DNA of 64,000 nt from Ginglymostoma cirratum (lineage: Eukaryota), in assembly GCA_024137785.1 (NCBI GenBank), contig JAHRHZ010000016.1:40260998-40324997 (forward strand). The letters are read 5' to 3'. A program made the position numbers and the translations under genes. Under the pieces are notes generated by a model. It worked only from the letters and a program-made list of their open reading frames with translations. It ran no database searches and was not told where the DNA came from. Of this stretch, positions 63,454-64,000 are shown in pieces (the first letter of the stretch is position 1; each line of letters opens with the position of its first letter).

Positions 63454-64000
63454 ACAAAGCTACTTAGATCTCTTTAGACAGCAACATTTTCCAATCTTTC
63501 ATTGCTTAAGAAACATTCTGCACATTAGTTCCTCCTACCAAGTGGATAACCTCATACTTATCCACATTGTACCCCATCTGCCATGCTTTTGCCCATTGAG
63601 GGAGTGTCACCCTGTCTAAATCCCACCGGAGCCTCTTTGTATACTCCTCAGAACTCTCACTCTCATGAAGTTTTGTATTAAATGTAATCTCGGAAATATC
63701 ACAATTTAGTTCATGGGACCTTTTATTTGGGTGCCACATTTCCTACTTTGAGTGTCAATACACTTAAAAAGCACTTCCATCCAGACCCTCAGAGAATCAC
63801 TCACCCAATCCCCCAGTCATCTACCCTCCCAGACACCATTCATTCCACCTCTCCAAGTCACTCACTCACTCATCCACACCCAAGGTACCTACCCCTTGTA
63901 GGCAAGTTACTCACTTGCCCAGTAGCCCCGGGCACTCACTCATCCTCCTCAAATCATTCACTTCAACACCCCCATCCCACCCCTGAGTTGCTCACCTATA

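Larger units (their letters stand above)
62175..63725 (-). mobile_element. CR1-type LINE 3' part hosting a PLE fold-back
   Basis: RLRWDLDRV..WAKAWQMGYNVDKYEVIH; agccattcaagatcat...ctctggggtagagaatgcca. Confidence 0.75.

Noticed and set aside
1-64000. CRISPR arrays, operons, prokaryotic or viral genes
   Set aside because: No regularly spaced repeats or dense ORFs; the content is vertebrate repeat-rich non-coding DNA.

Overview
Repeat-rich, AT-rich, CpG-depleted vertebrate DNA, almost certainly an elasmobranch (shark): it carries HE1-type SINEs, HER1/CR1 LINEs and typical shark Penelope-like elements (PLEs). The window is intronic or intergenic. No intact multi-exon gene is visible, and most ORFs in the track are decayed TE fragments or run through three 400-N gaps. 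Content: many CR1 copies (one near full length with two internal deletions), about ten copies of a second Jockey-group LINE, several tRNA-derived SINE families, solo LTRs, a Gypsy pol remnant, Harbinger remnants, and at least three PLE families with minimal hammerhead ribozyme (HHR) motifs. Most notable: (1) a recurrent fold-back PLE architecture with 13-17 bp target-site duplications (TSDs), in which the inverted arm stops at the same point, 35 nt before the true 3' end, in independent insertions, including 100-180 bp non-coding units; (2) an HE1 SINE fused at its 5' end to an unspliced, intron-containing tRNA-Arg(TCT) with its 3' trailer, plus a second HE1 with a ~215 bp CpG-rich 5' extension, suggesting 5' transduction; (3) a perfect 30-bp FOX/MEIS/homeobox palindrome in unique DNA; (4) a likely terminal coding exon of an unidentified minus-strand gene at 60508-60672. 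All family assignments are by eye and recall, not by database search.
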